Positions 49,260 through 61,857 of a stretch of 64,000 nt of DNA are shown piece after piece. Location: contig OZ316897.1 of assembly GCA_973895155.1 (NCBI GenBank), positions 19,292,168 through 19,356,167 on the forward strand, written 5' to 3'. Both the position numbers and the translations under genes were made by a program. The DNA comes from Marsupella aquatica (Eukaryota; Plantae; Marchantiophyta). Position 1 is the stretch's first letter. The number at the start of each line of letters is the position of its first letter. Under the pieces are notes generated by a model. The model did no database searches, had not been told where the DNA came from, and worked only from the letters and a program-made list of their open reading frames with translations.

Positions 49260-49801
49260 CGCTGGCCTGCCCGTCGAGAGACGAACGAACGCCTTTACCT
49301 TTCCGTTCGGGCCGGGGCTCTGGGAGTCTGGGGTTTGGGCAAGGCTCGGTTATGAGGTGGGATGGTTTGACGACAGCTCCATTATTATTTTCCTTTTCCC
49401 CGTCGGTTCAGTTTTCATTCAGTAGGGGAAGTACGACGGTCCGGTTCTTTGGGGCGGGGTGGAGTCCACTACGAGAGTATCGTGGTTCCGTTAGGGCGGC
49501 GAAAGTACGTTCGAGTCCACACGCACGAGCGAGAGGAGCGTGGGGCAGGGTGGGAATTATTTATTTTGTTGTTGGGGAGTATTTGTGGCCCGCAATGATC
49601 ATTCTGCCCGACAGAGAGGGTGCGATTGATTGAGTGAGTGGAGAGGAGAAAAGAAAAGTAAAGAAAACCGTTTGTTTTCTTTGGTGTCCCTGAAACTAGT
49701 CAAAATTGCCTGGCTAGCAGTGACTTTAGTGAGACATGCTCAATGGTCTAATGAATACCCCACCTGCCGACTGGAAGAAGCCTAGTGCATGCCCCAATTG
49801 A

Positions 49802-50215
49802 AGAGTAGGAGTGTGGAAGAGTCCAGTCTCGCCAAATTGTGTGTTGAACACACTGATTGTCAATGTCACTTCCATAAACATGGCTCGTCAATACTGTTGA
49901 CTCACTGTCCCGGTGGGATTAGGTCCAGGTGCAATCCGCACATGACCCTAATCCCAAATGCCAATAGCCATGGGCCCCAAGACCAGGTTAGAAATAGCAG
50001 CCCCAACTGAAAAGTGGGGCTTGGAGTACTCCAATCTTGCCAAACTATTTGTCGAAGACAGTGATTGGACAATCTCACTTATGTAAACATGGCTCGTCAA
50101 TGTTGACTCCTTGTGACTGATGTAAATTAGGTCCGGATGCAGTCTGCCAGAGATGACCCCACATGCCAACCCACATGCCAATGGCTATGGATCCAATACC
50201 AGGTTAGAAATAGCA
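49802..50215. repeat. Diverged ~205-bp tandem duplication
   Basis: TAAACATGGCTCGTCAAT, TGTTGACTC, ATTAGGTCC and ACCAGGTTAGAAATAGCA each occur twice in the same order. Confidence 0.8.
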
Positions 50216-53200
50216 CATATCTGCTCCCAAAACTTAATTATCAAATTGCTTCCAATTTGGTATATATTTTTATTAAACTAATCAAAGATGACATGTACTT
50301 GGTCTTACAACAAGTGCCAACCGTAAAATTGGAGTTGGAGGACTAAAGTGCAATAGTGACTGTAGTTGACACCCATGTTCCAGTGAGTGTCACCTGCAGG
50401 AAGTTGGTCCAGGGTGAAGGTAGGGTCCAATGGGGTTAGCACTGCCACATCAACTGCCTCCATTTGTCTGCAACCCAACCAGGTGCTATCTAGGGTTAGT
50501 ATAGCTGAGAAATATGGGATACTTAATATTCGGCTAAACTTCACTTTCGTACTATTGGGCCCCAGAGCATCTTGCCAAAATATATCATCTAAATTGTATA
50601 AATTTTATTGTAGTTATCAGTATTAGCTCAGTATAGACTGACCGCGTAAACTTTGGTCACGGTTATAGTAATTTTGTTTATAGTAATTCTGTTTGGGAAC
50701 AGGCCAGTAATTCGACCAGGAATAGAAGTATGACAAACGTAAAAAGAAAATTGTTTGTCGTCTAATTATGGCATCGGGCAGCGGAAGGACATCCGGGTAG
50801 TGAATTTCATCGCGTTCCCGGTCAAATCAAATTGGGCAGGTCGTGGAGGCGGAGGGCACGGGTTGGTACTTTGTCCGTACGAACGGCGCGGGAGGGGATT
50901 TCGGTGGGACGGACGGAAGTACGGGATTCGACGCGCGAAGAACGGAAGTTATTTTGATCCGAAAATCGAAAATTTTAGTATTCTATTGTTGTGTTACTAT
51001 TAGTGGTGTGGCGTGACGACCGAGTTTATGGAGCAAGTAATCTGTAATAGGTCAGTGGCGAGCGATTGATTATTATTGTTAGGAGGCGACAAGAAGAACG
51101 TTATTATTGTGTTGACTGACGGAGACCTTATCGAAGATATAGATGCACGGTTTTTTTGTTTGTTACTGTAGTTTGTGTCCCGCATTAGAGTCTTGTTCTT
51201 TGTGTCCTGGTAATTGTATATCAACTGGTCAATATGTATATATATTATTTCATATCATGGTACTCTCGACTATTATTATTTTGATTTTTGATAATTATTC
51301 ATAACACACAAATATTATTCCATTTTGTTGTGCAATTATCAGGAAGATTCCTTTGTTTGAGAGGTGTATTGGTGACAAAACTTGAGAACATTTGGATTCC
51401 ACGTTAACATGTTAGGAATCACTTTCACCCAATTTTCTTACTTTAATTTGTGAGTGTTAAATCTCCTTATATTTAAGGATACTTGGTTAAACTCTAGCTA
51501 ATGGGAGAGAACTTGGATTTTTGAAACAAAACTGATTTTTGCCACAAACAATGAATAGTTTACAATGAGCAAGGTTGTTAGCCACCTTGGTAAAAAGAGA
51601 AATGACCCTAAAACTTCAGCTCCACATGGAGAGGTCAGTTGAGAGAGTGATGGATGAAGAAGATAAATGACACCAACTTAATTTTTGAGGTTTTTCGTTT
51701 TCCATCAGTGTGACAGATGTTACCTGGTGTGAATTCGGACACTCTTTATCTAGTTTTCCTAGATTGATTTATGACTCTAAGATCTCCCTAGTTTTAAGGA
51801 TCATTGTTAAGGACTGTGGATATTGGCTAGTGTCTAGATGGGAAACTGGCTACTGGGAGACAAAAACCATAGCTATTTTTTACTGGAAGTGGCGACAAAT
51901 ATTCAGAGAGGAGGAATCTAGCAAATTTTTGCCACTATAAAAAAAGGCAGTCCTGTTGCTCTTGTTGACCTTCTATGTCCAGCATAGTGTCACCTTTCCC
52001 TGTGTGTAGGTTCTTGCGCTTGCTAATCTGTCCGCTTGTTCTTTTTCAAATCCACGGCTGTAGTCATAACTTGGTTTGCAATCTTTTTGCCAGGAAAAAT
52101 ATTTCAACTGGCCTCCATAGCTATGCAGGCGCCCATTAAAAGTTTTTCAGCCTAGAGGTTTTCTAGGTTTAGTGCTTTGGGTAGTTTGAATTGGCAGCAA
52201 ACACATTTTCCAAAGCTTTTGCCTCATATAAGCTCTTCAGGCAGGCATGTTTAGACAGGCAGGCATGTTCAGAATTATCTCATCAAGGACAAAAAGGGTA
52301 GACTATTCAGTGACGTGGGGTTTGTGGCTAATTGAAACAAAAGACTTACCTAGTTTTGTCAATAGTGGGAACACTTGTCACTGAGGTGAATTTGGCAGAA
52401 ACTGGGAACAAAAGGTTTGGGAAAAGGGTTTAGGGTAAATAAATGTTTTTCTTTCTTCACTAAAGGCGTTTTCACCAAATTTTCCACTAGCTTATCCATT
52501 GACTTATGCTATCCCTAAGAAGAAAAATTATGGATCATGAATCCCCTAAGAGAGGAGGAAAGGGTCAAGGTCGATCAAATTTGGAGGTTTGAGACCCTCT
52601 ATTAGAGAATAGGAAAGATTAAGGTCTATAAAATTTAGAAGAAAAGGTTAAGGTGAACAAAATTTGAGACCCGCTAATATAGAAGAGAAACAGGGACAGG
52701 CAAGCGAGGAGGAGGAGGAGGAGAGTAGGTGGTTGTCTGTTGAAGGGAGTGTCTGCAATTTCGAGGAAGTCAGAACGAGTCGGTCGCAGAGCGTGAGAGA
52801 GAGAGAGGAAGAGAGAGGTGGGCGGTGGGTATGGTGAGAGAGGAGGAATCTGTGTAGGAGCAAAGACCTAGTGTACCTGTTCTGCGGGCAATTGATTGGT
52901 GGGTTGATTGATGGAGGGATGGATTGACTGATGACTTCGTGAGTGACGAGGATTCATTGACAATCTCAGTGAGGGAGGGAGATTGTGGGGTATTGCAAGG
53001 GCTGGCTGCTGCTGATGTCAGTCGCTTGTCTCGTGGCCTGGAGTCCTTCGCCTCGCCTCGCCTCGCCTCCCCTCGGTGCACCCTCCCCTTTGCTTCGCCC
53101 GAAGCCCCGAAGACCTGCGCAGCTTCTCGTCGACTCGCTTCCCTTGATCTGCGCCTCTGCTTCTTGCGCCTCGGCCCAAGGCCCAATCTCCCACTTTCGG

Positions 53201-55500
53201 ATTGTGTTCGCTCTCGTCTCGTTGATTCTTCCTGCACAGAACGTCGTCCGTGGCGCAGCGGATCGCGCGGGGCGTAGAGAGTGATGAGAGAGCGAGAGAG
53301 CGGGGAGAGAGATTGGGAGGGAGGAAGGAGATGGATATGCTGAGCGGGTAGTCTCAACGGCTGGCTCGGTGGTGGTGGCATCGGATTTCACTCTATTATT
53401 GGAGACCGGAATTCTGTGAAGGCGTTACGGATCTTTCTGGACTTGGGAGGAGAGGTGAAGGCACGGAGATGTTCCTTTTGGATACAGCACGGACGTGAAA
53501 CAAGCATTCGTGGTCTGCTGTTCTGTTCTCCCTGTCTCTTAGACTTCCGGAGTCGGGGCTGGCTGGCTGCTGGTCTCCGTTTGAAGGCTTCTTGAACGGA
53601 ACGTTACGATTTAGGGTCCTGCTTCGAAGGCCAAATCTCTCGGGCGCTTTACTTCCCTGTACTGCGTTTGCGTCCCCCAATCTACGCCACTACCTCCCTG
53701 CTTTAAACCTGGAAGCAGGGATTTGATTTGCTCGGCGGAACCACTCACTCAACGCGAAGCGTGTCGTGGAGGACTCCTGCCAGAGTCTATTCGCTTTTGC
53801 TATACCAGCAGCATGCAAGCTAAGCATCTCCAGCGTTCTTCTGCGTCTCACATGCTCTGACGAGTAAGCGGTCTTTTTCGAGAGAGGATGCAAAGAGAAG
53901 GTAGTGGAGGATCTCCTTACCCGTTTGCAGAAGCAGCGGAGGAGGACAGAAGGTGGCTCATCTGTATGGTTTGCTTGTAGCACTGTAGTACAGGAACGTT
54001 TCTCAGTAAGGGAGCGTCTTCGGCTGGAAGCTGGTACGGTTCCCAGGGTTGTCGAGTCTCCCTTTTTCACAGAGACGAAGGACAAGTAGGTACGGAGGCG
54101 CTTGGTGCAAATCTTGAGATTTAAAAGGTCGTTCCTCAAATGAGTTAATTGAACAACGGAACCTTCGTTGGGAACGACTGGCATGGAGCCTATTGTGGTT
54201 TGGATCATGGCCGCCGCTGGAGAATGAGACCGGTTGCATCTTGGCGCTGTAGTTCTGAGAGTGAGTAATGCGTGAATGTGACTGTCGGTGGGGTGGCCGA
54301 AGTTGTTGAACTTGCTCCTAGGACGGAGGCTAAATTGGTAGTCTCGCTATGGCATCGCAGTGCCATTTCCTTTAATATCACCAGCTCCAGATTCTTTGTG
54401 TACCAGGTCAGTATTCGCTTGCATCGATTGTCTAATGGCGTCATGAATTCGGGTTTCGCTCAATTAGTTGTTTGTCTACTGTTCTAAGAAACAGTTCTAT
54501 GTTTGGGATGGCTGACAACGATGTCCTAAGTCCGTAGGCTTGTCTACTTCTCCGATTATCGACGGGGATCTGTGTCGGATGAAAGTTTGCAAGGAGTCTT
54601 GTCCATCGAGGTGTATCTCATTTTCTGGTCAATTGCCGATTCGACAGGTGTGGTACACCGTTTAAGGAACGTGAATACGGTATTCCTCCCCGATTCAACG
54701 TGAAGGGCTGTCGTCTAGTCAGTCAAGAGAAACTTCCCAGTGTTGCTGGAAGATCTCGGTGGTGCTATCTGCAGTTTATGACCTGCCCTTTCATGTGTCA
54801 TTGCCCTGCTTCCTTCTTTTTCCGTCGGGGCAAGACCGGTGTGCGTCCTAGACAACGACCGAACAACGAAAGCTGGTGGACGGAAGTAGTATCCCTGGTA
54901 TGTAACAATAACCCTGACTTTAGCGCTGTCGCTAACGTATAAAGCTCTTCTTGGCTCCACACGGGCTGTCTCGAGCTGCCTGGCCTGTCCGTAGCTATTC
55001 TAGCTCGAGAAAAAGTGGTCTCGTCGTCGACGATATCAGGAAAGCTGTACACTAGAGTATCTGTTTCGCTAATTGTGTTGGGAAAAGTAGCTAGTTGGAG
55101 GAACTTTAGTTAGTTCAATTTCTGGAAGACGTCTTCTACCCGGGTTGGTAGCAATACAATTTAAGTCAGTTTCGCCCGTTAGTGTCGTCTGCGCTCCGCC
55201 GAAATATCTTCGTCCGGATCTGAAGCTGTTTTCGGCGACAGGGGTCTAGGTAGAAGAAAGGTCAACGTTAACCGGAGATTTGCGTGTCAAGTCGCAGGAA
55301 GCATATCAACTTCCCCAAAACTACTCCACAACCTTCGTTGCCTTTTACTCTTCTTAGGACCCTTCAGTGGCTGACTTGTCCAAGACTGAAATCTGCTGCG
55401 CAGGTCTTTTTGCCGGGTCGGATCTTTCGTCTTTGATCAATTCTTGGACGCGTCTTGTCCACCATCAGAATCTTACCTGGGGAAGTGATCGAAAGGCACG

Positions 55501-56309
55501 ATGATGGAAATGAGGGACTACCACTCTGAGACAATCGCCAGAGTTGGACTTGATCATGCTCAGCGATTACTGCAAATTCTTTCCCAGCAACAACTTCAAC
55601 AACAGAAAGAGGGATTTCAAGATGGCAATTCCATCAACGAGGTTAAGGTCGCTAAGTGCAATAGGGCGGTGACAATGTCAACTCGGACTGGGCATGCAAG
55701 GTTCCGACGACGAGGCGGACCGAATTTGGGCATTATTACAGGGCTGCCGCAGTACAATTTCTTCGAGGGACCGAACTTTCAACAACTCGATTCTATCAGC
55801 CCTGTTTCCACGACACCCCCTTACTCGCCTCCTTCCTCCTCCGAGCTCGCTCTCCAACAGCGGCCCTCCCGTCAATTTCTTCCCTCACAGAGTTCGTCTT
55901 CGGGTGGCGCCAGCAGCGGCCCTGCCGATCCTTCCGCTGGAGCATCTCTGCACAGCCATTCCTACCAAAGTCAGCAGAGGCAGCTTCACAGTCAATCGTT
56001 TCGTCATGTTCCGCACGAAATCCACCTCTCAAAGGCGGAGAGGTTGATGGGGAAAGGAAGTTTAAGTGTTGATAATTCCGTCTGCACGGCTCCTCTGTCA
56101 ACAGCGACTAAAAGCTTCTTCACAACCCTCAGTATGGAAGGCAGTGTAGTTTCTGCTGACAAGACCATCTCTATTCCCAACGTCCCCACTCTTCCACCAA
56201 GTCGTGGTCGCTTCAACACTCTTTCCGGTAGTAAGAGAAAGCCGTGCGCCAAAACTGATGAGACGGGCAAATGTGCCACTGTCGGCCGGTGTCACTGTTC
56301 CAAACGCAG
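55501..56309 (+). CDS. WRKY: Group IId WRKY transcription factor, coding exon 1
   Basis: HARF motif RTGHARFRR and zinc cluster CATVGRCHCSKR; phase-2 donor at 56310. Confidence 0.92.
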
Positions 56310-56482
56310 GTTCGTGGGAACGTATTTGTGTTTTCACCTCATCAATTATAGCTTTACGGTTCAATGGATCTAGCTGATCTGAGGTTCTTGATAGTGTTTT
56401 TGCAAACAATGTCTTGGGTATCGCATCGCTCGTGAAAATTTGGTGTATGATGAGCTTACCTCGATTTCTCTGTCATCACCAG

Positions 56483-56608
56483 GAAACAGAGGCAGAAGAA
56501 AACTATCAAAGTGCCTGCCATCAGCAGTAAGCTGGCTGATATTCCCCCTGATGAGTACTCATGGCGGAAGTATGGACAGAAGCCCATCAAGGGTTCGCCT
56601 CACCCAAG
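56483..56608 (+). CDS. WRKY: WRKY IId, coding exon 2
   Basis: [34 protein letters not shown]; AG/GT boundaries; intron at the conserved R position. Confidence 0.95.
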
Positions 56609-56821
56609 GTCAGTATCATGCCAATCGTGTCGCTGTCACTTGCCTGTAATGAAGGGATCCCCGTGGTTTGCTCTTCATTCGATGACCATCATTGCGTTGG
56701 AAGTAATGATACGTGCAATCACAGGCTTTGCATTTTCGATTGGCATCTTGAGCTGACGGAGTCATGAGTGTGGATGTGATGACGTTGCTGATTTTGAACC
56801 ATTTGCTGGATTATGTAACAG

Positions 56822-56978
56822 AGGTTACTACAAGTGCAGTAGCGTTAGAGGTTGCCCTGCTAGGAAGCACGTGGAGAGATCGCTCGAAGACTCGTCGATG
56901 CTGACTGTAACCTACGAAGGAGAACACAGCCACTCACGGACAGTGTCTGGAAATTCCGGACTGGGAGTGCATTCATAG
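56822..56978 (+). CDS. WRKY: WRKY IId, coding exon 3
   Basis: [37 protein letters not shown] (C-X5-C...H-X-H finger), TAG stop. Confidence 0.95.
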
Positions 56979-59094
56979 CCAAGTTGGGCTCAAAGAAATC
57001 AGTTCTCTCATGGAGACGAGGTACTGATTGTGTCAGCTATTCCGTTTTCATCTTATCTCAATGAAAGGCTAAAATGCTCAAAAGTAGGTCCTTCTCAACG
57101 CGGCCAAGAACGATCCCGTGATATGATGGTTACTCACTTACGACAAGGGTTTCCCGTGCCGCCGCGGTTGTTGTCTAGTACCAGACAAGCCGATAATTTT
57201 TCGGAGTAGGAAAGATTCATTAGAATTCTCCATAGAAGGATCCTCTTGGGAGGTCCCGGCCCTCTGCTGCAATTGCAGATCCATGTAGCTCTCCCATTAC
57301 ACCAGGTGTTAGCGAATCCATCTGCGGGTTATATGCACACTGAAACCGATCACCTTGTTACGACGGAAAGCAAGTAGGGATTTTGATATACATATTTGTA
57401 GAATCAGCTAGCTGTTTTAGGATGGGCACTGCTTCACAAGAGGAACTGGGTCGGACAACACAAGGGAAAGATGATGGAGGTGCGAAGTAGGGTTTATTGA
57501 CAGGTTCTTTTTGGGCCCCCCAATTGATTGTATAGTATTGCGGGTTTGAAACCCCAAGCAGCGGTTTTTCCCATAGCAATTATGTCTCTCGCACATCATG
57601 CTATGTTATCCCTGCAGAGGCTTGATCGGCCCAATTAAACGCTGCTGTTACCTTTCTTCTCGACTTTCCAAGGTGATGTGCGTTCCTGCACGCAGAGATC
57701 TCGGACGTAGTCTAGTCTCCACTTCTCAAGAAAGGGAGTCGATGACGATACACTACACCACTACACAGAAGCGGTTCTGGGAGCGTAGGTTTTTTGATGG
57801 CAGAGCTCTGTTCTACAGTCCGTTTTCTGCTCGACTTTTTTAAAGTAAGAGCTGTTGTGAAAGAGGTACATCCTCCCGGCAGACTTGTTAGGGGTGATCA
57901 AGTATCCATATCCCATGAGGCTGTAAGTGTTGATCCTCTCGACTTCCATGGGCCAGACTCCGAAATCGCTCCTATCAAGTTCAGGAACAGTAGTACACCA
58001 CCTAGAGTCCACATTTTGCCCATCTTGGGTCAAATTTCCTTTCTATCACATTTTGTATATGATCTGGTCTTGAGTTTTTCAAGCGTGCCCGTAGACACTG
58101 GAAATAAAACGAATGCTGTTGTTGGATGAGCCCCGAAGAAGAAACCCGGGCAATAACTCAAGATAAGCGCAAATCAGTTCCGGTAATTAATTGAACAGGA
58201 AGTCAAACATGCGCATTGCGATGAAGCAACTCTCAAACTCTTGAAGCTGTACAATATTTAATTAGCCCGGATAGATCTGTTTCATTTGGGACTTAACCTA
58301 AGCTTCGTTCCTAGTGTTCCACAAACCATTTCCAAGTACAGGACAGCAGCTCGCTCCGAGCCGACAGAAAACATCGAGTACACGAGTCTACCAGCACATT
58401 TACACTTGGCAAATTCGCTCAAACTCCGTAGCATGGTACGGCGTACGATTAATGTAGGTCGGCACTTCCTGATGAGTCGTCGCGAAAGCACATGTACACG
58501 GCAACATGGCGCAAATTCCGTAATGCATAGTCGTCGAGTACTAATGGTTCTCCTTTGCACTTCGTGAGAAGTCGTCGGCACAAGGGAAAGAGCCGAAACG
58601 TGTAGTAGGAAAAAGAGCCAGAGAACATGCGGGGGAATGATGAAGTCCGCTGAAAGCTCTGTGGGATCCGCCGACGAAACCTGTGGGGAAGAAAATGTGA
58701 GCCGGACCAGGACGCCAGCCAGCCAGCAGCAGCATGAGCCTTTCTGACGAGCGCCAGTCACAAAGGTCAAGTCAAATTTGGTCTCGATCTCATCATCACC
58801 ATCATCTAACGCGTCTGCTTCCTTCCTGCCTCCTGAAGTCCTCATCCCATCTCTCACCCTCCATCACATCGCCCTCCCTCCATCGCTCGATCGATCCTCT
58901 CCCATCCCACCCTCCCTGGTTCGTGCCTGGATGACAGACAATGAACGCCCGAGTGTCCCTGCCTATTGCCCACCTACCTACCTGCACCAACCCACCCACC
59001 TTCCTTCCTTTCTCCTCTCTCTCTCTCTCTCTCTCAGCTGGCTGTTGGGGTGCCTCTTCGTTTCACCTCTGAAAACTCGCCCGCTGTCTAATCG

Positions 59095-59343
59095 CGGAAT
59101 TTGCTAGCACAAGAGTTCTCCCTGGAACCTAACTAGGCCATGGGTTCTCACAAAGGGAGAGAACGTCACGGAATTTGCTAGCACAAGAGTTCTCCCTGGA
59201 ACCTAAGCCCGCCATGGGTTCTTACAATGGGAAACTTTTCACAAGCGAGAGAATGTGTAGGGAACCAATCCGTGCCTAAGTGCGCCCCCAAATGAATTTT
59301 TGAACAATCCGTGCCTAAATGCCCCCAAATGAATTTTTGAAAC
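59095..59343. repeat. Two adjacent short duplications
   Basis: CGGAATTTGCTAGCACAAGAGTTCTCCCTGGAACCTA twice; AATCCGTGCCTAA...CCCCAAATGAATTTTTGAA twice. Confidence 0.85.
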
Positions 59344-60319
59344 AGAATTGCCTTCCTGGCTCTTTCTCACTTGCATGTTATCATTCAATTATTCAAGAAT
59401 CCCCAGGCCAGGCTGGCACACTGGTTCAGTGGACTCACATACTTGAGAACCATACACCCACTAACAAACAAAAATTCATCACAGTGGTTACGCTAGGAGG
59501 AACCTGAGTTTCCCCTAAGTTCATTTTGGGTTTTTACAACGGATACAATGCTAGAGGACCTGAGTTTTTCCTTGAACCTCAGTCCGCGACTGATATTAAC
59601 AAGGGAAAGAATAAAAAAGGGTGAAGTTGAGCCACAGAATTCATTTACACTATGATGTCAATGAACTAATGTTCGGAGTTTCTTTGTGGCACCTTTGACA
59701 CTAACTCACTCTAAAACAACTGAATCTTTTAGTGGGACTGGAGTTCTCCCTGGAACCCCGGTCCATCTTCGCACCTGGTAGATCCAAGTCACTAGACTTA
59801 CTTAATGATGTTCTTAACTAAGTAAAATGCAAAATGTGAGAACTTCATCCTCCCAAAACTTGCAAAATGTGACATCCTCCCAAACTTCTGGTACAGTGGT
59901 GGATTAAGAACCATTGGGTGTAGGTCTCACAACTTAAAAATTTTGAGCCAGAAAAATGCAAATAACCTGTGGCGAGGACCAGCAGGAAACAAAGAGCATA
60001 ACCCAGGCGCTAAGCAAAAGCTGAGTGCGGAGTCACAACACTGCACCCAACAACCCAGCCCCGAGCCACCAGGTCAAGACCTTGGGATGGGCATGGGTCG
60101 TAGTCCACCACCTCATAATCGGCAGAAAATGAAGTATTCCCCCTAACTGAAAAGTCTTTGCCACTTTTGGCAAAATCAGCTAGATTGTTTTCTTCCATTA
60201 GCCAGTTGCCAGAATCTGAAAATTGTTTTCAATAAAGGGAGATCTAAGGGTCAGAAATACACTATCGTGACATTCTCCACCCTGGCCAAAAAGGAAAAAA
60301 AAACTTTGAAAATTAGGGT

Positions 60320-60320
<1 letters not shown>

Positions 60321-60374
<54 letters not shown>
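60321..60374. repeat. (CT)n(GT)n microsatellite
   Basis: Seen directly in sequence. Confidence 0.95.
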
Positions 60375-60375
<1 letters not shown>

Positions 60376-61612
60376 GAGATCTCAGTGTCAAGAACTCATC
60401 TACTGAAATTAGATAAGGAATATTTGCAACATCCTCTCTCTCGATGTGCTTCCTGCTGGCAATTGGGGTGCTGATTCCCTGCACCTTCGGTTCTCGCTCA
60501 CTCTAACAACTCCCTTCGCTCGCTCCCTCTTTGTCTTCTTCCTTCTGGCTGTTGGGGTGTTTCTACGCTGCATCTTTCAACACTAGCTCACGGTAACAGC
60601 TTCCTGATGCAAGCAAGGAGTTCCGCTAGTCAAGGAAGTCTAACCAAGCCAAATGATCTAACTGTACAAACTCTTAGGACCAATGAGGCAGGACTGTCTT
60701 GCTGCGTTGAATTCCGTGTAGGTATATCATTCTTTTCTCTTTCCTCGAAATTGGCACTCTGTCCTGTAATGCCTCTGCACACGCCATCGCTGCCCTCGTT
60801 TCGGAATCTCGGGAACAAGTTCTCTTCTTCTCACACTCATCCGCAGCGAAGAGGTGTGATTTCGCCACGCGACAGATCAGGGAGGTCGGTGCTGCACCAC
60901 TACAGCCTTCTAGCTCGCCTGATGCCAGCGCACTCATCACGCACGAGGATTGCAAGTCACATTTCGTGTTTTGGGAGACTCAATCACTGAAGTGCCTTAG
61001 GGGCCATCAGGTTCGCACAATAATAAATCATTCTTGGAAATTAGAGTCCTGTGATCATTTTTGGTACTGCTTCTGAAACTTTGGAATATTTTATGGTAGT
61101 GTTAAAATTTTACATTAAAATGATCGACATGCTTCTAACACTTCAATTGTAAAATATCTGAAAAAAAAAACGTGTTAATAACATTCTGATCATTTAAATG
61201 AAAATGCTAAATATCTAAATGTAAATGATTTCCAAATGTCAATTTTACTTTTCAAAAAAAATCAGGATTATCTATGATATTGCACAATAATTTGAGTTTT
61301 CTAAGTATCTTGATTTAATCAGTGTTTACATTTTTTTCAAGCTAAAAATATATGTATAGAAAACCCATTCTCGGCATTGATATGAACTCATGCAGCGGTG
61401 TTCACATTGTTTTCAAAGTTAAGATGAAATAGAAGATCTATGTAAGGTATTGCACATAATCTGGATATGCTAAGCATTTTCATGTAAACTCTGATTTATC
61501 AGTATTTTCATTGTTTTTAAAGTATAAATAAATAAAATAATTTGGTATTGCACGAAAATTTCAGAGTAAAAACATTAACTTTTCAATTTTCATGACCTGA
61601 TCGACACTCAAT

Positions 61613-61857
61613 AAAAATATATCTATAATCATTCAAACATTGACCCTGGATATACGGGAAATCTGTAGTGGATCCAATTGTTCGGCCATGGTGAATCATA
61701 TCCAACTACGCATTCTGAATCACTGAAGTATAATAATAACCGTGTGTAACAAAAACATATCTATAATTCTACTCGTTCAAACATTGACCCTGGAAATACG
61801 GGAAGCCTGTCTGGATGCAATCCTTGGGCCAAAGTGAATTATATCCAACGACGCATT
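61613..61857. repeat. ~140-bp-period tandem duplication
   Basis: TTCAAACATTGACCCTGGA.ATACGGGAA...ATATCCAAC.ACGCATT occurs twice. Confidence 0.85.

Noticed and set aside
52425-52437. Telomere-like GGGTTTAGGG (also near 30667)
   Set aside because: Fewer than two full units; expected by chance or at most a telobox.
52770-54208. Overlapping 100-200-aa ORFs upstream of WRKY
   Set aside because: Low-complexity, occur in several frames and strands, no domain motifs; expected for GC-rich leader sequence.
58636-58692. Partial resemblance to a miR396 site (GAAAGCTCTGTGGGA)
   Set aside because: Too many mismatches, no hairpin and no GRF coding context.
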